From Caecitellus pseudoparvulus (lineage: Eukaryota; Protista; Bigyra: Bicosoecida), in contig CBFFRQ010000040.1 of NCBI GenBank assembly GCA_965644315.1, forward strand, positions 1-64,000: a stretch of DNA of 64,000 bases, given 5' to 3'. Each line of letters starts with the position of its first letter. Position 1 is the first letter of the stretch. The notes beneath the pieces were generated by a model, which saw nothing but the letters and a program-made list of their open reading frames with translations, was not told where the DNA came from and did no database searches. The translations under genes and the position numbers were made by a program. This document shows positions 45,401 through 56,894 of this stretch, in pieces.

Positions 45401-48400
45401 TGGGCGCATGGTGCCACGGGGGCTGCACCCCGCCACCCTGCACCGCCTGAACACGTTGCACTTGAAGGAGGCGCAGCTGCACCGGGAGCGGGTCAAGTAC
45501 TTGTCCCTGCGACTGCAACATGCCGCCCCCCCCGCCGCCATGCACCTGCAGCTGGAGGTGTCCGCAGCGAAACGCCTGGAACGCAGCGCGAGTCACCACC
45601 TGCACCTGTGGGCGGTGGGGCTGGTGCATGGCCTGCGAGTGTACGCTGAGGCGGTGGCGGGGAGTCACTGGCACGCGTCGACGCAGGGCGGGGGACACGG
45701 CCCCCCTGCCCACCCCCTCCTGGACACCACCCCCCCCCTCACCCTCCCTGAGAAGTCCCTCATCCGCCTGCTGGGGGACGTCGGGTCCGCCCACACACAG
45801 GGCTCCCTGCAACTCGCCCGCGACCTGCACAACAGCATGATGGGCGGGAGGGGGCAGGGGCGCCCCACCTCCCCTGAAGCGGACATCGTCGTGCTCCTGG
45901 GGCTGCTGAGCAAGCTGGTGGCACCCCGGGAGTGTGAGCCGGAGACGGTGCCACAGCCCCCCTGGTACGTGGGGGCGGAGCCGGTGCCTGCCTTGGTGTC
46001 GTCGGCGGCGGGGCGGCCCCATGCCGTATTACGCAGGGAGATGGCCCTCCTCGTCCTGCGTGGCGTGCTGCAGTACGCAGGGGGGTGCCCGACCCTGCGC
46101 TGGAGCGTGCCGCTCGTCGCAGCGGTGCGATCTCTCGTCGTGCCTTCCCTGCTGGCCCTCGTCGGCAGCACATACGTCACCTCCTTCACCCTGTGGCACC
46201 GCCTGCTGAATGTTGTGGGCACTCTGTGGGCCAAGTGGCGGGTGCAGTGTGCGCTGGAGTTGCACTTGCTCATGCATGTAGTTGCGGGAACGCCCCTCCG
46301 CCTCGTCGCCGCCACCCTGCCCTCCGCTCAGCACCAGTTTGAAGTGCTGCGGCGTCTGCACACGTGGTGCAGTTTGGAGGATGCACTGGACATGTACTGC
46401 CTGGGGGGGCTGGTGTCCCCGTTTGCACACTCCGCCCCCCAGGCCAACCTGCTGCCACACCTCGTCACGGCCGCTGCGCACCTGGCAGTGCGGCGTGGCG
46501 GCGCCATTGGCACTGAGTTACGGCAGGCCATGGGTGAGAAGCAGAGTGAGGCGGCGAGTGGGGCCGGGGTGGAGGGGGGCAGCGCCAGTGGCGGAGGGGG
46601 CGACCAGGACCAAGCCTCCCTCCTGCAACGCACCCTGGACAAGGTGGTCTTTGACGTCGTCATGCAGCCCGTGGCGCCCACTGCCTGCACCGGGGGCAGC
46701 AAGCTGGCGTCGCCGGGGGCAGGTGCGGAATTAGGCGTCGGCGGCACACGCTCAGCCCTGCCGTGGGCGGGCCCCGGCGCCAACCCCGCCGTGCCGGGGT
46801 GGGAGGCAGAGGAGGAGGACGCCCAAGTAGCACTGCTGTTCGGCCCCCACGACGTGCACCGGTCCCCCCTGGAGGGGTCCGTGGCCCTGCACACGCAGCG
46901 CGAGGCAGCGCGGTGGCTCGCACGCCTCACGCGCAGTGTCATGGACCTGTCAGGCACCGTCTTCACGAACGGATCAGGGCCCGATTTTGATGCGGTCACG
47001 CCGCCCCACTCCACGGGCGCCGCCTTCACCTTCGAGGGGATGGAGGGGGGCCCCACGGGGGCAGAGGGGGCCGTGTCCGGTGCTCACGCTCGGCACCTCC
47101 TGCTGGCCGCTCTGAGCCAGGAGGGGGGGGGCCGGGACTCTGCCCCTCGCCGCCGGGCCACGGAATCTGCCAGGCGGGGCGCCCAGACCCCCACCTCCAT
47201 CTCCCGCGTACTGTCCCCTGGCCGGGCGCTGTGGGGCGGCGGCGCAGTGGGTGCTGGCGCCACCCCGCCCACCCCCCGCCTCCTCGCCCTGCATACCGCG
47301 CTAGTGGACCACGACGCCGTGTCTGCACATGCTGCGAGTGTGGGGCGGGCCAAGGACAACGCCGCAAAGGCCATCAAGCTGCTCATCGAGGGCGGCCTGC
47401 TGGATGCAGATGTGCCGCACGGAGCCGTTACGTGGCTGCGTCTGGCTGGAGGGGCGGTCGGCTCCGAGGGGGTGGGCGCATACCTCGGCGACCAGGGCAA
47501 AACCCCCGCCCAGGACACCCACAGCATCGCCGTGCGCCGGTTGTACGCTGCGGGACTGGACTTCCGCAACCGCCCGCTGCTGGACGCGTACCGGCACTTC
47601 CTTCTCCAGGGCGGTTTCTTCCTACCCGGCGAGGGGCAGAAAGTGGACCGCCTGCTGACGGCGTTCGCAGACGCATTCCACGCAGGCAATGCGCTGCCCC
47701 TGCCTGCCGCCGCCCAGGCCGCTGTGGACGCGTACGACAAGTGGTACGCTGCGCAAGAAGCAGCCAAGGCACGGGCGAAGGCGGAAACGGCCGAACGGCG
47801 CCGCGCAGCGTCCGCCGCCGCAGCAGCCGCCGCAGCCGCCGAAAGCGAGCATGAGACACAACCAGAGCGCTCCGTTGTGGCGGCGCTGTCGGCGGAGGAC
47901 TATGCGGCGCGCCACGGCGGCGAGGGCGGGAGGGCGGTCGCCGCGCGACCTGCTCCTCCACGCGCCGCGAAGGAAACTCGCGAGAAGCCGACGCTGCCGC
48001 CCAGCGAGTGTCTGCCCGACGGGCGATTCCGCCCCAACCACCCCGACACAGTGAACTTGCTGACTGTCGCCATGACCATGCTGAACACGAGCCTGCACAG
48101 CGCCAATGTGAAGGCGGCCAGTCGCACGACGCTCGCCGGCTTCGCGCGGCAGCTGGCGGGCCAGGACTACGGGAACTCCTTCCCCCCCGACTTCCTGCAC
48201 AGCATTTTCCGCAGCGTGCAGGCCTTTCCCCTGCGCATGAACCTGGCCCCCAGCAAGGCGGCAGCGGCCGCCCCCAAGACAGACAAGGAGCGGCGTGAAG
48301 CCCGGGCACGCCACACAGCCCAGCAGGCGGCCAAGGACAAGGCCGCCGCCACATGGGGCCACCACCCCACGCCGCTGCAGGAGGTGTGGCGCGGCGTGGA

Positions 48401-50600
48401 GGCGCTCAGTGTCCTGCACCCCGCTGCGCATCGATGTCTCGCAGCCCTGCGTGAGCACCACTCGGGTTCCTGCTCGCCCCGCCTGGGGCCTGGCTATTCC
48501 GCCTGGCGGGGGCTCAACCTGCCGCCTGGCGAGCCCACGGCCTTCCGCAGCGACGCAGTGAGCGTCATGGCGCGGTCCTTCGTGCAGCTGCGCAGGGCGC
48601 GCTCACCCCTCCTCGTCCGCGCCATGCTGCTGGATATCTGGGCACCGTGCCTGTCCATGGCCCGGGCGGTGCTGCTGTCGGACCGCGCGCTGCACATGAT
48701 GACACGGCTGGACCCCCGCCGCGACCGGGAGGTCATCGACTCTGCACTGGACACTCTGCAGGCCCTCCTCATCGCGTCCATGTTCGCCGCGCTGCCGACT
48801 GAGATTAAGGAGGCGGCGGAGGTGTTGGCGGATGTCGTGGAGCGCAAGGTGCTAGCCAAGGAGCTGGCCTCCAGCAAGGCCGCCAAGGGACAGGCGCGGC
48901 AGCAGGAGTGGTACCAGGCAGTGCAGGCGGTGCTGAGGGCGTGGCAGGGGGGGCGCGCCAAGGCGCCGGCTGCGCCTAGTGAGGGGAGTGGCCACCTGCC
49001 GCCCCCTGCCGCTCTGCACGCTCCGACGTCAGGCCACCGCCGCTCTGCCACACTGTCTGCTGCGCCCGGCAAAGGCAGGCGGAGGCAGGGGCGTGGGAGC
49101 CGGGACATGGACTCCATTGCCTCAGCGGCACTGGACGTCGCGCCGGGTTCGCGCCGGGGCTCGCTGTCCACGGACCGCGCTGGGCTGCGGGGGGGTGCGG
49201 CAAGTTCCGCAGCCACACACAGGCAGCCCGAACTCCCAGACACCCTCGTGGACCGGGTGCAGACTGCCGTGGGCCTGGTGCAGCTGGCGATATCTGACCT
49301 GCACGAGGCTGCCGCTGGCGACGCCGAGGAGGCCAATTTGGTGGCGACAGCTGCACGGTTCGAGCGGGATTTCCGCGGCGTGTTGACCGCCAACGCACGG
49401 CGGCGTGTGGTGCACGAAGGCACCATAACGAAGCTGTGCAAGGAGGGCACAGGGCGAGCCAAGGAGTACCGTCTGTTTCTCTTCTCTGACTTGCTCGTGT
49501 ACGCAGACGTGCCGCGTTTTTCGCGCAAACTGACGCCGCACAACTACATCGGGCTGGCGGGTGTGGAAATTGAGAACGACCCCGCCGTCCTGGCGAGCCG
49601 CGGCATCACGCCCTCGTTTGCCCTGCACAACAACGTGAAAACGCTGTACTTGACGGGGGCGAGCCCTGCCGAGACGCGCCTGTGGCGCACGAAGCTCCGC
49701 CTTGCAGTGCAGCGAAACGCCGCCGAGGCTGCCACGCCGTCGCCGTCGCCGACGCCGCGCCCGCCCATGGCCCCGGGAGCCGCCCGCCGCCGCCGCATCC
49801 AGCGGCACATTGCAGCGTGGGATGCGCCCTTTCCGGCCGCTTGGGTCGCCTTTGCTGGTGAGGAACCGACGGCTGCGCAGTGCTGGCTGGTGCGACAGCG
49901 GCTGCAGCCCGAACTGCAAGAGCTGGCGCCCCAGCCGGGGGGTGTGCTGGCAGAGCAGGGTGGGCCGCAGAAGATCCCTGGTCGTGTGCCCACTGTGCCA
50001 GCTGGACGTCTCTCAGCTGTCGCGTTGAACCGGGTGTTGGCGGGCGCCAGGCACGGGAGTGGACTCAAGTGGCGGGGAGTGACCCTCACGCGTGCAGCGG
50101 CTGCTGCTGCGCGCGTGGCGTCAGACAGCCACATGGCAACGCAGCAGCCCCTCAGCAGCGCACTGCTGCAGGAGCCTTTCGCCGTTCTGACTGACAGCCG
50201 GCCTGGCACAGCCGTTGGAACTGTGGCGCCTGGCTACGCCCTGCTTGCTGCGTTTTTTGAAGCGGGCAGTGTGTTCTGTTCTGCACTTGCCGGCCCTGTG
50301 CCGCTGCCAGTGGCCACCAGCCTCTGGTGCCGCGCTCTCTGGCTGCACGCCCGCGATGCGCTGGCCGGGCGAACGCAGGTTGGCCTGGCTGTGCCGACGC
50401 GCACAGACAAGCAGGCAGCCACAGTGCTGGCGTTTCTCCGAGCACTCCTCGCTGAGCAAGGGCTGTCTGGCCACGACGCCATGCGGGAGTTCGTCGTCGC
50501 GGTGGCACACCTGCCGCGCCCCTCTGCTGTGCAACGCATTACCGGCGCGTTGGACGAGCTGACCACTGCGCAGGAGGAGCTGAGTGATTCGTCCGAATGA
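42434..50600 (+). CDS. Very large Sec7-domain Arf-GEF with N-terminal MABP-like, and C-terminal PH and ACBP-like regions; 2 introns at the 5' end
   Basis: Sec7 motif FFLPGEGQKVDRLLTAFA and MLNTSLH. PH: VVHEGTITKL...LFLFSDLLVYA...WRTKL. N-terminal PIVDIRILYGHEEAPAGYAKVE. Confidence 0.85.
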
Positions 50601-50843
50601 GAAGGGGGGGTTTCTGAGCCTCGTGGTGACAATCGAAGTACGTGCACGCATTAAAATGCAACTCACTGCATGTACCCCATTGTGAGCCGCTCGCAGTCCA
50701 GGCCCTCTGCGCTGCAGAGTGTTGCGGACACCATCAATTTCCGCGCTGCACCCTTGCCTGCGCGTTGGTGCGGACTGCAGACCCGTGGCGCCCTTGCAGC
50801 ACACTGGTCCTTGCCCGACCTGCATTGCAACACACCGTCAGCC

Positions 50844-52556
50844 ATGTATGCCGCCTCTGCTCGCTCTGTGCGGGCAGCTGCCGTGACGTGGGCGGGACGG
50901 GCGTGTGCCAGCAGCAGCAGCACACCTGCTCTCCACCGCTGTGCCTCCACCCTGGCCGCCGAGCTGGGCAAGCTGGACTACGAGACGTTCACTTCTCTGG
51001 GCGAGAAGGAACAAGCCGCCACGGTTGAGCGCCTGGCGCCGCTGCTGGAGTCTGAACTGGGCCTGGACGCGGCGTTTCTGGAGGGCATCGTGGCCGACAC
51101 AGTGAACACCCTCTCCCAGCGCGAGACGTGGGAGCGCCTGGCTGAGGTCATGCCTGCCGCAGCCAGCGCCCTGAGCACCATGGACGAGGAGGCGGCGACG
51201 CCCGAGTACCACCACGTGCGTTTTTCTGCTCAGGCCCAGGCCGGCGCCTGGCAAGCTGACAGTCTGCTGGGGGATGAGGCGGTGCCCGTGGTGGCAGCCG
51301 CCAGGGAGAGTCAAGCAGCAGCCCTGCAGCAAGCCACGACCGCCGCCCATGCCGCCGTGGCAGCCAAGCGCTCCCAGGCGGCCGAAGTGGTCCTCTCTGT
51401 CCTCCGCGCCGCCAAGGGCACACTGCCCGGGCACTGCTCGGATGCAGAGGGGGTGCTGACGTGGGATGCGCTGCGGACAGCAGTGGACACGGTGGGGGAG
51501 GGGGCGGCATCCGGGGGGGACATCGCCCCAGCCATGACCGCCGCGGTGGCGGGGCTCAAGGCAGCGGCTGGCGTGGACGCCGCTGACGTGAGTCGGGACG
51601 CCGTCCTGCGTGACGCGCTGACTCGTCTGCACACCCTTGACTCCGTGGACGTCTCGGCACTCGTGGCGGCACAGGCCAGCGCCAGTGCTGCACGGGGCAT
51701 GGAGACTGCGATGCGTCCCGGCGCGCTGCTGGATGGGGCGACGGTGTCGCCGGAGCACGAGTCAGTGCTGCACGAACACGACGCCTTCGAGCACTACCGC
51801 CACGACCACATGCGCCTGAAACACGCGACTGCCCACATGAGTCACAAGCGCCTGCCTGCGGGGCTGGAGGCCGCCGCGCCACAGGGCATGGCGGACGCCG
51901 TCCGCACGCTGGAAGACAACCCCACCTTCACGCCGGCAGAGGTGGCTCGTATGGCCACGTTTGGCGGGGAGCTGGTCGCCTCGGGGGGCGACGGGGGCGA
52001 GTTGCTGGACCGGGACTATGGTCTGTGGGTGTCGCACGAGGACATCAAGAACAGCGACGGCAACCCCGACACGCCTGTTCCGGATGTCTCTGGCGACGGA
52101 CTGCTGGCGCAGCAGGGTGTCAAGCCGGAACAGCACTGGAAGGTGGACTACCCCGTGGACCGCACCTACGCACACCCTGAATTGTTCTCGGAACACCCCG
52201 AGGGCGACGCGCTGTTCCGGGAGGGCACCTCTGGCACAGGCCCCGGCAGGGATGGCGCCGTGCCCGCTCAGTCACCCTTGTCCGCCAGCGAGACCCCCCT
52301 GGAGGGCACGTCTGTGCCCCCCTCCTTCCTGGGCGCCGACAGCGCCTCCCTCATCGCAGAACACTTCGACGGCGACGAGGCCGCCTTCAAGGGCTTCATC
52401 ACGTGGGTGCAGGGGTCGCCCCAGGCCCAGGCAGCCATGCGAGCCACCCTGCAGGAGGCGGCGGGGGAGGGTGTTCTGCCTGACGCCGCGGAGGGCGTGG
52501 GGAAGTACACGACGCGCCGAGCGGCTCGTGCAGCCCGGGCGGCTCGGCGTGAGTGA
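50844..52556 (+). CDS. Protein of unknown function with a mitochondrial-presequence-like N-terminus
   Basis: Long ORF with host-like GC3-rich codons. N-terminus MYAASARSVRAAAV...LHRCAST is Arg/Ser/Ala-rich and lacks acidic residues. Confidence 0.72.
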   Translation: MYAASARSVRAAAVTWAGRACASSSSTPALHRCASTLAAELGKLDYETFTSLGEKEQAATVERLAPLLESELGLDAAFLEGIVADTVNTLSQRETWERLAEVMPAAASALSTMDEEAATPEYHHVRFSAQAQAGAWQADSLLGDEAVPVVAAARESQAAALQQATTAAHAAVAAKRSQAAEVVLSVLRAAKGTLPGHCSDAEGVLTWDALRTAVDTVGEGAASGGDIAPAMTAAVAGLKAAAGVDAADVSRDAVLRDALTRLHTLDSVDVSALVAAQASASAARGMETAMRPGALLDGATVSPEHESVLHEHDAFEHYRHDHMRLKHATAHMSHKRLPAGLEAAAPQGMADAVRTLEDNPTFTPAEVARMATFGGELVASGGDGGELLDRDYGLWVSHEDIKNSDGNPDTPVPDVSGDGLLAQQGVKPEQHWKVDYPVDRTYAHPELFSEHPEGDALFREGTSGTGPGRDGAVPAQSPLSASETPLEGTSVPPSFLGADSASLIAEHFDGDEAAFKGFITWVQGSPQAQAAMRATLQEAAGEGVLPDAAEGVGKYTTRRAARAARAARRE

Positions 52557-52656
52557 CGCTGGCGCCCAGCTGGCTCAGCACAATGCACTGCCGAGGCACT
52601 GTGGCCACGCTGCGACGATAGTGTGTGGCACGGCACGCCTGCTGGGCTCGTTCGGG

Positions 52657-53160
52657 TCACTCCTCCGCGTCGTCAAATTGGCCGGGCACGATGGCGGGCT
52701 GGGCGTGCCGAGGGGGCACGACGTTGGGGCCCACCGTCGCGTCTGCGTCTTCATCGCTGGAGTCGCCGCCCGCCTCCGCCTCCACCAGGTGCCACGCCTC
52801 CAACATGCCGTCGTCTGGCAGGGTGGGCGTGAAGAGCCCGTCGAACTCGAGGTCGGCGGGGGTCAGCGCAGACCACTTGAACGCAGCCACGTCTTCCTGC
52901 CGCCGGATCCAATTCACCAACTTGATGTACATGTACATGTCGGCGCCCTGCTCCTTCAACCAGCCCAGGGCGTCCCACCCCGTCCGGCTCTCGAATTCCG
53001 CAAAGGCAGCCTCCGCGTTGGGCTGCGCCTCCCCGAAGAACCCCGTCACAGCCGTGTCCACAGGCTCGTCCCAGTCCCCGAAACTCCCCCCTCCATCGCT
53101 CTCATCTCCGTCCTCCTGCACAGCCGGGCTCAAGCCTTCCTTCGGACTGGCTGCCGCCAT
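52657..53160 (-). CDS. Small acidic protein resembling the PRMT3 N-terminal finger region
   Basis: DWDE...GWDALGWLKEQGADMYMYIKLVNWIR...PTLPDDGML matches the PRMT3 pattern FD...DFY..IKLINYIR...PVLEDDxLL. Confidence 0.65.
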   Translation of the reverse strand: MAAASPKEGLSPAVQEDGDESDGGGSFGDWDEPVDTAVTGFFGEAQPNAEAAFAEFESRTGWDALGWLKEQGADMYMYIKLVNWIRRQEDVAAFKWSALTPADLEFDGLFTPTLPDDGMLEAWHLVEAEAGGDSSDEDADATVGPNVVPPRHAQPAIVPGQFDDAEE

Positions 53161-53603
53161 GCTCCTGAAGTCGTGCTGTGGCTCTAGCAGGCTGAAGCTG
53201 CCCAGCGTCCCGTACTTCGACACTCCCGGACAGAGAGCGACCACGTCGTGCTGTTGGAAGTGAAGTGTACCATGCACGCATGCAGGGGGCACCGTGCGTT
53301 GTGGCAGGAGGGCGAGGTTTGGGGCGGGTGTGCACTTGCTGCTATGGCAGGTCTGCCACTTTTCATTGCTTCCTACAATCCAGTCTCATTGTCAGCCAAG
53401 AGCCAAGTGCCCCATCCTTGAAGCAAGAACCTGCATTCCTTGTTTGAAGGGTCTTCATTGCACCCTTCCTTTGTCTCCTGTGTCACTGGGCCTCGTACTT
53501 TGGCAAGCGCCACCCTGTGCAGGCGTTGTCTTGCGGGTTCTTGGTCCACGTGCCAGAGCAGCGCCCAACCTCGGCTAGCAACTGATATCCTTGAGGTGAC
53601 ACG

Positions 53604-54452
53604 ATGGAGTTTCTCGGTGGCTACGACAGCGACTCCAGCAACGCCTCTGAGGCCTCAGGGACTGCTGCAGGCGGCCGCAAGCGGGGTCGATCAATTTCCG
53701 CGCAGTCCCCTGCTCCACAGTCCGGCCCCGCGCCGGGACAGGGCGACGTGTCAACCGCAAAGGGCGTCAAACGATCCAATGAGCAGCGCAGCATGCATGC
53801 ACGTGCAGGGGACTCCCTCCGAGACATCATGTCTGCATTGCCTGCTCCGGCAGAGGCTCCTGCCTTCCACAGGCCATCCGCAGATGTACCTCAGGCGCCC
53901 CCCCAGCGGCAGCAGCACGGCCCTTCGGCTCCAGCTGCATCCAATGCTCCTCGGGCTGCCCAAGGCCTGGCCCCTGTGGCCCGCCACGCCCCAGCTCCTC
54001 AGTCAGTGTCAGGCTTGCCGTCGGCTCCTGCCATGCCCAGTGCCAGCAGTGCAAGCACCACCGTCCCGGCTTGGGCAGCGCACTTGGACAAGCGCAGCCA
54101 AGCAGAGCTAGCAGCCATGGGCATGCTGCCTGGGCAGGGCCGGGCCCAGAGCACAGACGGGCGGGTTGTCGTGACGGACTTGGATGCGGCGAACATGTTG
54201 GGGGAGTGGGATCCACAGGCCGCCCTGACAGGGTCCCTGGCTGTGCCTGAGAAGCAGCACGTGACGGTGAGCTACTGGAACGCAGCAGGCGGCACGGCCA
54301 CGACGACGTCAGCCCCCACCAAGGGCCAGCGGCGCAAGAACCAGGTGAACGCGCTGGCTTCCCACTACCTGCGCCACGAGGCGTCGTACCAGGCAGCGGA
54401 CTCCGCTGCCGGTCGGACCAAGCGCCTGTCCCGGGCGAAATACGGCTGGTGA
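53604..54452 (+). CDS. PRCC: PRCC-like proline-rich protein
   Basis: N-terminal LGGYDSDS and C-terminal PTKGQRRKNQVNALA...TKRLSRAKYGW. Confidence 0.82.
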   Translation: MEFLGGYDSDSSNASEASGTAAGGRKRGRSISAQSPAPQSGPAPGQGDVSTAKGVKRSNEQRSMHARAGDSLRDIMSALPAPAEAPAFHRPSADVPQAPPQRQQHGPSAPAASNAPRAAQGLAPVARHAPAPQSVSGLPSAPAMPSASSASTTVPAWAAHLDKRSQAELAAMGMLPGQGRAQSTDGRVVVTDLDAANMLGEWDPQAALTGSLAVPEKQHVTVSYWNAAGGTATTTSAPTKGQRRKNQVNALASHYLRHEASYQAADSAAGRTKRLSRAKYGW

Positions 54453-54473
54453 GGGCCGCGTGCGAGGACTGCA

Positions 54474-55386
54474 TTACACCGTGCCGGGTCCGGCGCCAGC
54501 GGAGGTGCTGGGCGCCTGGGCATAGTCCCCCCCCAGGGCCAGGTCGTCATCCAGACCCTGGTACATGCTCTCATCCAGGGGGTGGGTGGAGCAGGTGACC
54601 TTGGACCACACCACCGCCGCGCCGAGCTGGATGTTGCGCAGGGTCGCGCGCCAGAAATCCACGTTGGGCACGATCTCCATGCCCGTAGCCCGGCGGTATG
54701 CCGCCTTGAACAGCATGCCCAGGCCGCAGTAGGTGACGGTGAAGGAAAACAGGAGGATGAGGAAGACCCAGCCGCCACTGATGCGGGCGTCGGGGGCCGG
54801 GTGGGGCAGCGGGCAGCCCGCCGGCGCAGTCAGCTCAAATGTTGCCGTGCAGCCGTCCGAGGAGACAGAGACGCTGGCTCCCGAGTACGGCGTGTCGGCG
54901 CCGGCGTCGCCACAGCGGACGTTGTACACGACGCTGGACTGCTGGCCCGCCAGGCCGGCGCAGCGGGGCCCCCCTGTGAAGGACAGCTGCACGCCGGCGG
55001 AGGCGTCGCTGGTGGTGGGCAGGGTGCCCGTCGTCAGCTTGGCAGCACTGCCGTAGGCTTGGATGCAGTTGGCCCGTGTGACGCCTTTGGTGGCCATGGT
55101 GTTGTTCACAGAGCCACAGGCGATGGGGCCGCAGAATGCAAACAAGTACACGAATCCTTGCTCGTCCGTCAGCTCCCAGTACTCTTGCGCGGCCAGGGCA
55201 GTGCTGTGTGGGAGAGCGGGGAAGCGGTGCGCTGGCTGCTGCCTCCCTCACTGCCGCTCCTCCTCGCACTCACAAGTCATACTCGTAGTTGCCACCGTCA
55301 GCCGAGAAGGAGCACTGCTGCGAGGCTGCCAAGGACACCGTGGCGGCCAAGGCAGCCACGCCCAGCACACGCAAGCCGCCGCGCAT
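54474..55386 (-). CDS. Mannose-6-phosphate receptor/ATG27-like type I membrane protein; 1 intron
   Basis: Signal peptide MRGGLRVLGVAALAATVSLA, YEYDL, Cys-rich MRH-like domain, TM SGGWVFLILLF...YCGLG, GMEIVPNVDFW, YQGL sorting motif. Confidence 0.85.
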
Positions 55387-55749
55387 GGCTCGCCCTAGCG
55401 TTTCGCTGCAGCACACACGAAACCCTGGCGCACAGCAGAGCGGAGCGGTGGGGGCCTGTTTCGCGGCACCTGCGCTGCAAGGGGGTACGCAGCACTAAAA
55501 TGTGTGAGGACTAGCTGCCTTGCTGCAGTTCAAGATCTGTGTCGTTGCGTGTTTGTCTGTGGCGCTGTGCTGGCAGTAGATTCGCGAGCAGGTGCGCTGG
55601 GCTCAGGCGAGAGGGTGTCTGTTGCAGGGTCTGTGGAAGCACAGCCTCGCGCAGAAACGCCTCACACCTAAAACCCACGAACTTGCAGATCGTACAACCC
55701 GCCCCACGCCTTGTTCAGCGACTGATCCTCGCAGCCCTCAACGCTCAGC

Positions 55750-56685
55750 ATGGCAGTGGCAGCGGCGCGCCGCGCCTGCACCGTGCTGCAGGGCGTGTCT
55801 GCCCAGCACGCCCGGTGCAGCTCCAGCCTGACCAAGTCCTCTGGCGTCTTGGAGCAGTTTCGGGAGAAGCCCAAGCCTGTGCGCAGCACTGCTGTGCGGG
55901 AGGCTGAAGGCGCAGTGTGTGCGTGTGCGCCGTGGGCACCACACCACCACAACCTGCGCACGTTCGCACTCCCGGCCCCCGCAACATGCACAGTGTCGCA
56001 GGACATGAACACATACGAGCCCAAGGCTGTCTTCGACATGGCCACAGTGAAGGAGGCGGCTGTGCTCGCAGACACTGCGCTGGGCTTCAAGGGCCGTAAG
56101 GTGGGTGTCTGCGGAGTTTCGCGTTTCACCGCACCTCCGCCTGCAGGCTCCCGGGGACGCCCTCCTCTCCCAGGTGCGCATCTTCAAGACAGGCAAGGTG
56201 TCCCAGTCCTCCAATGTCGCTGGCACGACGCACTACACTCTGGAGTTCGACGCCACCACGGACTGGAGTAACACCCTCATGGGCTGGAGCGGCGCCGCCG
56301 ACACGCTGGACCAACTCCGCAACCGCTTTCGCTTCGAGACGCCTGCCCAGGCCATTTACTTCTGCGAGACTCAAGGTGCGTGCTGGCTCTGTGCTGTGCT
56401 TTGCCTCGCGTGTTTTCACGGCCTGGCGTGCCTGCCTCCGCAGGCTGGGAGTGGGAGGTGTTGCCCGACGCACAAGAGACGTTTGAGGACACGTACGACA
56501 ACATCTATGACTACAACTTCCTGCCCCGCCGCGTGAAGGAAGGCATCGCAGCGGGTGGCGTCAAGGCCGGCAAGGCGCAGTTCAAGCACTCTGGCAAGCA
56601 CAAGGCTGGCTGGGCGAACTTGAAGCGCACCCAGTACGGGCTGGAGTCGTGGAAGCCCGAGGGCCCATACACCCCCCGCAAGTGA
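55750..56685 (+). CDS. NDUFS4: NADH:ubiquinone oxidoreductase 18-kDa subunit; 3 introns
   Basis: RKVRIFK...LEFD...WSNTLMGWSGAADT...FETPAQAIYFCETQGWEWEV...YDYNF. Confidence 0.9.
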
Positions 56686-56894
56686 GCAATGCAGCCTGAA
56701 CACACCGCGGCAGGCAAAACCAATTGTTAGGACAACAAGCACACGCTTGCAAACCTGCCATTCTCCACACCTGGGCAGTGCCAGGACGGCATCTGACAGG
56801 CGGACGTCGCAGCGACGATTTGCCAGGCATCACACATCAGCTTGCAGCAGGGCACGCCGCTTGCAGCAGAGCACAACCGCACCACCCCCCTGAA

